A stretch of 64,000 nt of DNA, from positions 4,519 to 68,518 of the IMG/VR virus record IMGVR_UViG_3300021961_000075. One strand, 5' to 3'. Positions 29,916 to 39,800 of the stretch are shown here, piece by piece; the first letter of the stretch is position 1, and each line of letters starts with the position of its first letter. The translations under genes were made by a program, and so were the position numbers. The stretch comes from a virus. The notes under the pieces are model-generated. The model worked only from the letters and a program-made list of their open reading frames with translations. It did not search any database and was not told the origin of the DNA.

Positions 29916-31061
29916 ATGGGACTAATACCTAACGATTATACAGATTTTAAATATTACGCAGGCTCTGAGAGATTTATTGTAGCAGCTACGCCACTGTATA
30001 GTTATACGGTTACGTTGTACGAGTCTCCATTGACAAAAAATGATATTAGACTTTATATTAATGAAGAACTAATAGACGACGGTACACAGCTGGTGGGTGT
30101 TAATTTAGAAGAATACTATACTCTTTCTAATAACACACTTCAAATAAATTCAAATCTAATTACTCTTGAATCTCAAGATGAAATTATTGTTGCTCTAAAA
30201 GAAAAGAAATACGGTAATTACAGATATACATCTTTAGCAGACGTTGTAAATAACTTTATGGTTGGATATGTTGGAGATGGTAAAATTATAAACAGAGCAA
30301 AAAGAACTGACGTATTATTTCATACAAAAAGAGCAATACAAGAGTTTGCTTTTGATATAATTAAAGTAGAAAAAATACAAGAGGTTGAAGTTGGTCCAAG
30401 TTTATCAATACCAATGCCTAAAGATTATGTTAACTATGTAGCCATATCTTATATAGACAATCAAGGTATTGAGCATCCTCTTCCAAGAGGTAGATTTACA
30501 TCTAAACCGTCTGAAGCGATTGCACAAGATAGTGACTTTAATTATACTTACGATAATGAAGACGGATTAATTACCACGACTTCTATTACTGACGACAAAT
30601 TTACGTCTTTAGACTTTAACAGTTTTTCTAAAACAAACATTAATGATAATTTCTTTTATAATTCTAATTATCCGGGAGAAAAAGTTGTTGAGTTTGGTAA
30701 AAGATTTGGTGGAGATCCAGAAGAAATGAATGCTAATGGTTATTTTATAATCAACGAAAACTCTGGAACAATACACTTTACAAGCAATTTAATTGGATCT
30801 GTTATTACTATAAAGTATATATCTGACGGACTTGGTACAGATAAAGAAATGAAAGTACATAAATTAGCCGAAGAAGCTATTTACAAATACGTGGCCCACG
30901 CTATACTTTCATCAATGACCCAAGTTCCTGAATACATTGTAAATAGATTTAGAAGAGAGCGTAGAGCAGCAATGCGTAATGCGAAACTTAGGCTATATGA
31001 TTTAAAACTACCAGAGCTTACACAGGTTATGCGAGGTAAATCAAAACAAATCAAACACTAG
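29916..31061 (+). CDS. Tail ring/tubular structural protein
   Basis: FHTKRAIQEF, PKDYVNYV, IKYISDG, KLAEEAIYKY. Confidence 0.7.
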   Translation: MGLIPNDYTDFKYYAGSERFIVAATPLYSYTVTLYESPLTKNDIRLYINEELIDDGTQLVGVNLEEYYTLSNNTLQINSNLITLESQDEIIVALKEKKYGNYRYTSLADVVNNFMVGYVGDGKIINRAKRTDVLFHTKRAIQEFAFDIIKVEKIQEVEVGPSLSIPMPKDYVNYVAISYIDNQGIEHPLPRGRFTSKPSEAIAQDSDFNYTYDNEDGLITTTSITDDKFTSLDFNSFSKTNINDNFFYNSNYPGEKVVEFGKRFGGDPEEMNANGYFIINENSGTIHFTSNLIGSVITIKYISDGLGTDKEMKVHKLAEEAIYKYVAHAILSSMTQVPEYIVNRFRRERRAAMRNAKLRLYDLKLPELTQVMRGKSKQIKH

Positions 31062-31065
31062 TTAA

Positions 31066-34000
31066 ATGCCAGAGATTAAAAATACTTTCCTTGCTGGAAA
31101 GATGAATAAAAGTCTTGATGACCGATTACTGCCAGAGGGCGAGTATCGAGATGCATTAAACATACAGGTTACAAAATCTGAAGGCGCCGATGTTGGTGTT
31201 ATTCAAAATATAAAAGGAAACCAAAAAGTTAGTGGTGATGTTACTTTAGATGATAGTGCTAAAGTAATTGGCAGCTGCTTTGATGATCAAAATAACGTAA
31301 TATATTATTTTGTACATCAAAATGTTGGTGTTTCAAGCAAAATAATTAAATACGATAAAAAAGCAAATCCTCCTGTAGCTTCTGAAATTATTTCTTCAGA
31401 CGTTTTAGCTTTTGACAGAGACTCTTTTGTGCAAGCTAATGTTGTAGAAAACTATTTGTTTTTTACAGATGGCGTAAATGAACCTAGAAAAATAGATACT
31501 ACCATTAGCTATGATTCTAGCTCTATTGAAGAATACAACCTAACAGTTGCCAAACCAGCACCTCAACACGCCCCAACAGTATCAATTCAAACAACTGATC
31601 CTAACGCTGGTAATTATATTGAAGAAAAATTTGTAAGATTTGCATATCGTTACAAGTTTTCAGATAACACTTATTCTGTTTATTCTCCATTTTCAAATAT
31701 TGTTTTTGGTCTAGACACTGATGTTTTAACAGAGGATCAAATTAAGGATGCTTATTCTAAAGGTGAGCTTGATTTTTTAACTAATAAAGCCAAAACAATA
31801 AGTATTCAAGCAAAAAGTCCAGGAGGCGCGATAGGATTTTTTCCTACATCTTACGGCATTGTCCAGGTTGATATATTAATGAAATCTTCTGATTCTCCAG
31901 CTGTGATGCTTTTAGATAGCGTGCAAGTTGATGAATTTGGAGCTGTTCCTGCTTTTATTTATAATTCTGAAAAACCAAAAATAACACTTCCAGAAAATCA
32001 ACTTATAAGGGTTTATGATGAAGTACCTAAAACAGCTATTGCTCAAGAAATAGTTGGTAATAGAGTTGTTTATGGTAATTTCACGCAAGGTTTTGATATT
32101 AATACACGTGAAAGACTTCCTTTCGTTGTAAAAACAGAGCCAAAGAATATAAATTATCTAGGCGTTAAATCAAATAGAACATACGAGGTTGGTATTATTT
32201 TTTCCGACGATTACGGAAGAACATCTCCCGTAATGTTTGGGCAAAATAAATCAATAACTTTAGATAAAATAGTAGAAGATAATTACAATTTACAACTCGC
32301 TTTAGAGTTTAATAGTAATATTGATTATATAAAAAATAAAGGATTTAAATACTACAGTGTTGTTGTAAAACAAGCTGAACAAGAATATTATAACGTATAC
32401 ACTCCTGGATTCGCGCATATAAATGGTAGAACTTATTTTTCAATATTTGGAGACAACATAAATAAAATACCAATTGACACGTCTACTTATAATTCAGAAA
32501 CAAATATAAATTCTACAAAAACTAAAGTATCTATATCTTTAGTAAATAAATCGTTCTTTAACAAAACTACAACGTCTTCTTCAGATCCAATTAAAAAAAC
32601 CGCAATAGACTACGACTTTGCAAATAATAATCAAGTTGGAGGCCAAGATGTGGTTGTTGGCAATTTCACAAATATAGTTGGTTACGCAACGGTATCTCAT
32701 ATATATAATGAAACTGAAAATCTTGTTACTCCGTTTCCAGACGGCACAACAAGTAAGTTTGTAATAAACAACGGCGTAATACCAGACGCTGATCAACCAA
32801 ACATTGCTGGCGATGGTACACCAACCGGCGGAACGTTTTCTGTTGGTTTTACTGCTAATGATTGCACTGGCGTGGTTGTTTTTGTTGATGGAGTTGAGCA
32901 ATCATCTTCGCAGTTTGATTTTGATCCAACAGACGTATCTATAACTTTTGCACCGTCAAGCATACCAAGCACTGGTCAAACTATAGTAGTATTTTTTCAA
33001 TACGATAATCTTGTAATTCCGGCAGACACAAGTAGATCAGCGGTGTCATTAACTGAGATTTCTGGCACGGCGGCTATAACTGTTGTAGGTGAAATAGATA
33101 TAAACGTTACAGACGACACGTACGCAACTAGTTCGACGTCTACAGATATTCAATTGGCATCCCCTGTTTATGGAAATCTTGAACCAGTAAAAATAACAGG
33201 TATAGGAAATATAGACAATTTTTCCGTTATAAATAATGACATATTAGATGCAAGCACTGATTTGTTTGGTATATACAAAAAAGAAAATAAATATTTATTA
33301 GGAGAAATAGATGGAGAGTACGGTGTTCAGCTTTATAGCACCCAACCCTCTTTGTCCATGAAATATACGGATTTAGGAATTCTTGAAACAAAAGGTTTTG
33401 AATCTGTTATAGATATTTATTACGAGACCGCCACGCAGGGTTTAATTAATGAATTAGAAAACGCTACTAATGAAAATAAATTTGTTGTACGTGTAAATTA
33501 TTTTAATTGTATAAATTTAAAAACTCCATCAAGAAATTCAGAACCTAGTGTTATTTGGCAAGAATCAAGAATCAAAGGCGGATTTAACGAAACAAGCATG
33601 GACTATGGTGTTCAAGCGTACTTGACTAATGAAGATTATGGACTTATTAATAGAAAATCAAGTTTAATTTATTCTGGCGTATTAAATAATAATACCAAAG
33701 TAAACAACACCAATCAATTTCCATCTGGAGACGCAATAACAAGAACATTAGACCCAACACATGGATCCATACAAAAACTTTATGCTGACACAGATAACTT
33801 ACTTATCTTTCAAGAAGAAAAAGTTTCTAAAGCGCTAATTGATAAAGATATTATATACACGGCAGAAGGTCAAGGCTTAACAACAAAGGGTGAAAATGTG
33901 ATAACGCTTGAAAGAAGTTTTGCAACAAATTATGGCATAGGTAAAGATCCTCAAAGCTTTGCTGTTTATGCTGGTAGAAAATACTTTGTTGATAGGCCGA

Positions 34001-34716
34001 AAGGAGCTGTTTTAAGGCTTTCTGGTGATGGTATTACAGAAATATCTAATTATGGCATGCGTAGTTATTTTAGAGAAGAACTAAGCAATCCTACAATAAA
34101 TAAAGTTATAGGTAGTTGGGATATTTACAACAAGGAATATATATTAACTATTGATTCAGACTCTAGCGTTACTTTAGGTTTTGATGAATCAAACAATGGT
34201 TGGGTTTCAAGATATAGTTATATACAAGAAAACGGAGGTAGTATAGATGGTAATTTTTATACTTTCAACAAAGGTCATTTGTACAAGCACAACGCGACAG
34301 AAAGTTATAACACTTTTTATGGAGTAACAGCCGCCGCTTCGACGATAGAACTTATATTTAACCAAAATGCCTCTGTAAACAAAAACTTCTATACTATTAA
34401 TTATGAAGGAACAAATACATGGGATATAAGTACTATAGAAACAGATACTCAAGATACTGGTTTAGAGATAAAAAGTAATATTAACGCTGTTGCTGACACA
34501 GATACTATTATTAATTTGTCTGCTTTTAAAAAATACGATGAAAAGTATTTTGCAAACATAATAAATAGCAGTCCAGTTAAATCAAACGAGGTTGTTTTTG
34601 GTAAAGATATATCTGGTGTTAAGGGTCATTTTATGAAAGTAACGCTTAATAATGAAGAACCAGGATACCAAGAGTTATTTTCTATATCAACAAACTATAA
34701 TGTAAATAGTTATTAA
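31066..34716 (+). CDS. Tail nozzle/muzzle (DNA stabilisation-type) protein
   Basis: 1216 aa; GKMNKSLDDRLLPEGEYRDALNI start, LFFTDGVNEPRKI, GSIQKL, GWVSRYSY. Confidence 0.8.
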   Translation: MPEIKNTFLAGKMNKSLDDRLLPEGEYRDALNIQVTKSEGADVGVIQNIKGNQKVSGDVTLDDSAKVIGSCFDDQNNVIYYFVHQNVGVSSKIIKYDKKANPPVASEIISSDVLAFDRDSFVQANVVENYLFFTDGVNEPRKIDTTISYDSSSIEEYNLTVAKPAPQHAPTVSIQTTDPNAGNYIEEKFVRFAYRYKFSDNTYSVYSPFSNIVFGLDTDVLTEDQIKDAYSKGELDFLTNKAKTISIQAKSPGGAIGFFPTSYGIVQVDILMKSSDSPAVMLLDSVQVDEFGAVPAFIYNSEKPKITLPENQLIRVYDEVPKTAIAQEIVGNRVVYGNFTQGFDINTRERLPFVVKTEPKNINYLGVKSNRTYEVGIIFSDDYGRTSPVMFGQNKSITLDKIVEDNYNLQLALEFNSNIDYIKNKGFKYYSVVVKQAEQEYYNVYTPGFAHINGRTYFSIFGDNINKIPIDTSTYNSETNINSTKTKVSISLVNKSFFNKTTTSSSDPIKKTAIDYDFANNNQVGGQDVVVGNFTNIVGYATVSHIYNETENLVTPFPDGTTSKFVINNGVIPDADQPNIAGDGTPTGGTFSVGFTANDCTGVVVFVDGVEQSSSQFDFDPTDVSITFAPSSIPSTGQTIVVFFQYDNLVIPADTSRSAVSLTEISGTAAITVVGEIDINVTDDTYATSSTSTDIQLASPVYGNLEPVKITGIGNIDNFSVINNDILDASTDLFGIYKKENKYLLGEIDGEYGVQLYSTQPSLSMKYTDLGILETKGFESVIDIYYETATQGLINELENATNENKFVVRVNYFNCINLKTPSRNSEPSVIWQESRIKGGFNETSMDYGVQAYLTNEDYGLINRKSSLIYSGVLNNNTKVNNTNQFPSGDAITRTLDPTHGSIQKLYADTDNLLIFQEEKVSKALIDKDIIYTAEGQGLTTKGENVITLERSFATNYGIGKDPQSFAVYAGRKYFVDRPKGAVLRLSGDGITEISNYGMRSYFREELSNPTINKVIGSWDIYNKEYILTIDSDSSVTLGFDESNNGWVSRYSYIQENGGSIDGNFYTFNKGHLYKHNATESYNTFYGVTAAASTIELIFNQNASVNKNFYTINYEGTNTWDISTIETDTQDTGLEIKSNINAVADTDTIINLSAFKKYDEKYFANIINSSPVKSNEVVFGKDISGVKGHFMKVTLNNEEPGYQELFSISTNYNVNSY

Positions 34717-34717
34717 A

Positions 34718-35608
34718 ATGCAAGAAATTATTTTAGAATTTTTATTTGGACCAGAAGGCATTCAAAAAGGTCTTGCTCCTTTGGCTATCGCTGGTATAGC
34801 TCAAGGAGTTTCTTCACTTATAGGCGCTTTTTCTGCAGGTAAACAAAAAAGAGATGCAAGAAGAGCAGCTGCTCGATATGATCAGGATTTAGCAAGACTT
34901 CAAGCTAATAGACAAGAAATAATTGATCCGTATGCTGGAGTGCAAGATATGTCGTCTTTAATATCAAATCCTTTTGCAAACTTACAAGTAACTACTCAGG
35001 CTGCTGAAATGCAAGCCGCGGAAACTGACATCTCTTTAGCAAGTACATTAGATACCCTTAGAGCTACTGGAGCTGGTGCTGGCGGTGCTACAGCTTTAGC
35101 ACAAGCAGCGGCTAGATCAAAACAAGGTATAGCGGCTACTATAGCGCAACAAGAAGCACAGAACGCTCAGTTGAGGGCTTCTGGAGAGCAAGCTTTACAG
35201 CAGGCTAGATTAGGTGAGGCCAGAAGAGTGCAACAAGCGCAAGCTGCCGGACAATCATTTATGTTCGGTGTTAGAGAGTCTAGAGAAATGACCGAATTAG
35301 ATAGAACTCAAGGCATGTTAGATCAACAGCGTATTATAGAGCAGCAAGCAAGACAGGCACAGAACCAGTCTATAGGGCAATTAGCTGGTGTAGCAGCGAG
35401 TTTTGGCGCTCAAGCTTTGGGCGGTACAAATCCATTTACGGGAAATCCTATTGGAGGTAGCGCAACTGGCGTTACAAGTTCTTTAGGTAGTGCCTCTAGT
35501 TATCTTCCTACTAATTTTAGCACAGGAGCAGCTAGTGGTTTAAGTTCTTCTTTTGCAAACCAATATGGAGGTCCTTTTTCTTCAATCAATTTTAAATATG
35601 GGAATTAA
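34718..35608 (+). CDS. Probable ejected (cargo) protein 1
   Basis: 296 aa, A/Q/G-rich, with a hydrophobic LAIAGIAQGVSSLIGAF segment typical of podovirus internal proteins. Confidence 0.7.
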   Translation: MQEIILEFLFGPEGIQKGLAPLAIAGIAQGVSSLIGAFSAGKQKRDARRAAARYDQDLARLQANRQEIIDPYAGVQDMSSLISNPFANLQVTTQAAEMQAAETDISLASTLDTLRATGAGAGGATALAQAAARSKQGIAATIAQQEAQNAQLRASGEQALQQARLGEARRVQQAQAAGQSFMFGVRESREMTELDRTQGMLDQQRIIEQQARQAQNQSIGQLAGVAASFGAQALGGTNPFTGNPIGGSATGVTSSLGSASSYLPTNFSTGAASGLSSSFANQYGGPFSSINFKYGN

Positions 35609-36843
35609 TGAGCTATAGAAATCCAACAATGATACAGCCCGCTGATCCGTTAGCGTTTAGTAAGGGTTTTGAACAAGCTTTTTCTCAACAACAAAATGCG
35701 TTTCAAGCAGAATTAGAAAAAAGAGAAAGATTAGCAAAAGAACAAGATGATGCGCTTGCCGCCGCGTACAGTATGGCAGATATGAGCCCAATATACGGGT
35801 TTGATACAGCTGTAAGTGAAGGTGCAATAAACATGTTTAACGACTATATAGATTCTAATGATTTTGCTACAGCTGACGCCTCTAAAAGAGCTAAAATACT
35901 ACAAGATATAAAGTTAGCTAAAGCTAATTTCGCGAAGTTAGGAGAAATAATGGCTGTTGATAATAGTGAGTGGGATTTAAGAAATGATCCAAAATTAACC
36001 GCACTCAGAACGGCGATATTAAAAGGTGAAAAACCTCAAATAAAAACAAAAGGTTTAGATTTTGAATTATCAGGAAGTTGGGGCAATATAAATTTAAAAG
36101 ATTTAGGTAGCACTAGAGTATTTAACAAAGCTGCTTATCAAGAAGATTTAGATGCAAAAAATGACAGTTATTTTAAGGAATATCAGCAGGCTTATGAAGC
36201 GGCCTATAGGTCAGGTAAAACAGATTCTGAATTAGCAGAACTAAGAAAAGTATATAAAGATCGCTATATGGGTATGTTTTCTAAGTATTTAGAATCAAAC
36301 GAAGATCTATCACAATATGTTAAGTTTAATGTAGGAAAAAGCTTTGATATAAATGAATCTATAAGTAATATGTTTGATTCTGTGGAAACAAATATTATTG
36401 ATCCAGGATTAATACTTAATAGACCTGTTAAAGAGGTAAAAGAGCAAAAGTTACCTACCGGATTAACAAAAGAACAATCTTCAACAGCTCTAAGCAATAT
36501 ACTTAACATTGATGAATCAACTAGAGATGAAAATAATATTATAACAAGTACAAGTCCTTTTTATGAATTAAGAATTAAAGGTCCAAATGATGTTGTTCCT
36601 ATGAATTATAGATTTAGAAAGATAGAAGGAAAATACTTTTTTCAAAAACCAGGTATGGGTACGCCGGATGAAATAACCGAAGAAGAATTATACAATTTGC
36701 TTGGTCATTCAAACGAGTATAAGCAGATGATCCAAGGAAAACAGCGTCTTGAAACACAGATAGGACTACAAACAGGCAATTTTGCTATTAGTGAAAACTT
36801 TGGAAAGCAAAGACCTGTTAAAACTTTTGATGGATCTAATTAA
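35608..36843 (+). CDS. Probable ejected (cargo) protein 2
   Basis: 411 aa, helical, MSYRNP start; lies between cargo genes. Confidence 0.6.
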   Translation: MSYRNPTMIQPADPLAFSKGFEQAFSQQQNAFQAELEKRERLAKEQDDALAAAYSMADMSPIYGFDTAVSEGAINMFNDYIDSNDFATADASKRAKILQDIKLAKANFAKLGEIMAVDNSEWDLRNDPKLTALRTAILKGEKPQIKTKGLDFELSGSWGNINLKDLGSTRVFNKAAYQEDLDAKNDSYFKEYQQAYEAAYRSGKTDSELAELRKVYKDRYMGMFSKYLESNEDLSQYVKFNVGKSFDINESISNMFDSVETNIIDPGLILNRPVKEVKEQKLPTGLTKEQSSTALSNILNIDESTRDENNIITSTSPFYELRIKGPNDVVPMNYRFRKIEGKYFFQKPGMGTPDEITEEELYNLLGHSNEYKQMIQGKQRLETQIGLQTGNFAISENFGKQRPVKTFDGSN

Positions 36844-36853
36844 ATAAAAACTC

Positions 36854-39800
36854 ATGTTAGAATATACCGTTAACGGCGAGCTTTATAATGTTCCCGAAGA
36901 TTTAGAAAATAAATTCTTAGAAAAATATCCCAACGCTGTCAAGGTAGAAACTAGTCAGCCGGGAAAGATACCACCGCAGGTTCCGGGTGCGCCTGTGGAG
37001 ACAACTGCAGCACCCGATATGGCTTCCAAATCGGAAGATACTTCATTGGAGTTACAAGAAATAAATAACGAAGAAAAAAGAAAACTTCCTTTTCTTGTAA
37101 GAAACGAATTATCAACAAGTGGTTTACCTTTTACAAGAGAAAATGTAGATTCTGCTTTAGCTAAACATAAAGCTAGAACAGAACGACCTATATCCGAAGC
37201 TATCAAAGAAGACGTTGACAAAGCTAAAAAAGATATTAATATTGCCAAGCAAAGCTTTTCTAACATCGTAAGTAATTTTTATAATGAAGATTTAGTAGAA
37301 GACGATCCTTTTGTAGCAGCTTTATCTTCTAACATGCCAATGTTACAGGGCCAAGCTAGGTTTTTTACGTCTCCAAGATTAAAAAGATTTTATACTAGTA
37401 TATCTTACGGAACCTTAGAAATGTTGGATAACTTAGGATTTGACTTAGACAAATCAAAAGCAGAAGTATCCAAAGAATTTTTAGAAGCTGAAAAAAGAAC
37501 AAAGCAAGTTGTGGGTTTGACAGATGTAAAAGGCCCAGCAACTCTTTTAGCTGCTATAACTGGCGCGGGTTCAGAAGTTGGGTTTTCTATAGCAACAGGC
37601 TTGGCAAGTGGAGGATATTTACCAATGGCTGAAATGATAGGTGGTATGGTAACTAACTATAATGTAGAGAAAGCCAAGTCTAAATATAAAGACTTATCTG
37701 AAGAAGATGCTGTAGAGCAATTAATAAAAGATAAAGACACTGATTTTTGGTTACCCACTACATTAGCTGTTCCTGCGGCATTAGCTGAAAGATATGCTTT
37801 AAAAGGAACAACCAAATTTTTAACTAAGAATATAGCTTCTTCTGGCAAAAAAGAAATAGCAAAAAGTATTTTAATAAACTCTAATAAAGAAGGTGGAACA
37901 GAGTGGATTCAAGGAGCTTTAGAAACAGCTACATCATCTCTTGGTGCTAACTATGATCTAGAAATTGAAAGTGTAATAAACGGCGTTTCTGTGCCAACTA
38001 AGGTATTAAAATCTGCTCAAGATGCATTTGATTTTGCTTTTAGCAAGCAAGGTTTAGAAACTTATTTGCAAGGTCTTGTTGGTACTGGAGTTATATCATC
38101 TAGTAAAGCCGCTATTGACAAACTTGGTCCTGATGCTTATAGAGCATTAGCAACCACTAGATATGTTATGGACGAGGGTAAAGTTGAAAAACTTACTGAC
38201 GAAATAGCTGATCTTATAGAAAAAAAGAACACTGCTACTAATCCAGAAATGATTAAAATTTTTGAAGAGCAGATACAACAAAAAGAGCAAGAATTAAAAG
38301 GTCAGGTTATTAATCAAGCTGGTTTTTTTGATGCTTTTGAAGAAGAAGATTACGACGAAATAAAAGATGCGAGTAAACTGTCTAGAGCACATGTTGAAAA
38401 AGTAAATGAACTTAGACAAGATTTAAATGACGGCATTATAGATGAGTCAGAATATAATGAACTCTATAATAATTATAAAGACAAATACAAGCAAGCTTTA
38501 AATAGAATAAAAAACGTAGTAGACAAAGCAAAAGAAAATATATCTCAAAAGAATATAGATATATCAAATAAAAACGAAGAGTTATTCGGTATAATAACAA
38601 ACCCAGAATCAAAGCCATCTCAAATAGATAGAGCAAGAAATGAAATTGCTTTAAATAACATGGGGCTTGTAAATAACCTTATTAATAGCAAATTTAATCC
38701 AGCCACCGCAGAAGCCTCTGGTTTTACCAGAGACATGTTTGAAAGTGCTGTTTATGAAGAATATTCTAAGCTAATAAATACCTATAATCCAGAAAGCGGC
38801 GTTCCATTTGGTGCATATTTAAAACAAAACTTACCAAAAAGACTTCCAAGGATATTTGAACAAGGTACAGAAAAGGCTGCTGATGGAGGTTTTGTATTTA
38901 AAGAAGACGTTTCTGAAAGAAGAGATATAATGGCAGAAGAGTCAGATATAGAAGTTGTTAAGCAAGAAGCTTCTAAATCTATGACCAAAGATCTTTCTAT
39001 GCCAGCTGATTTAGTTTCTGAAATAGAAACTGGCGTTGCAAGTGTATTAGCCACAAAGCTTCCGCCTGTATCAGATCCAAAGTTTGTAAAAGAATTATCT
39101 GAAGCTTTTAAAAACAAGTTTACAGAAATAGTAAAAGAACAATTTGGTAAAAAGAAAGAAGAATTTAGGCAATATCTTATAGATAATTTTGACACCTTGT
39201 TTGATCAAATACCTCAAGAGGCTTTTAATAAAAGACTTCCTGGAATGTTTGAGGCTGTTACAGATGAAACTGGTAGACAAGTTAGAGAAAGAACCGCTGT
39301 AGGTAAGGGTGTTTTTAAGAAAGCACAAATGACGCCTGAGCAGTTTGCCGATTATTTTACAGGCGAAGACGTTTATGCTTCATTAGCTTCTAATAGAAAA
39401 GTTAAGCTTGCTGAAATTGTTGCTCAAGAACTTGGCAAAGACGCTACAGCTAAAGTTATTTTAAATCCAGAAGTAGCAACAAGATTTAGACAAACTCAAG
39501 AATTATTAGGGCAAGAAGTTCCTGGAGGATTTGAAAGATCTATAGCGTTGGCTATTAAGAGACTAGATCAATTATCTGAAAATTTAGAAAAATTTAGAGA
39601 AGGAAAATTATTTAGTGGTCCTCTTGGTATGGCCACTTTTATTGTAGAGGTTTTTGCTAAAACACTGTCAAAACTGCTAAAAAGAGGCATGGGCTTTAAT
39701 AAAGCAGTAGACGCAGCAGCGCAAAAAACAGTTAACGATCTTGGTATTGAATCTTTATTTGACAAAATAACTAGTGTTTTTAAAAGTATATTTAAAAAAC

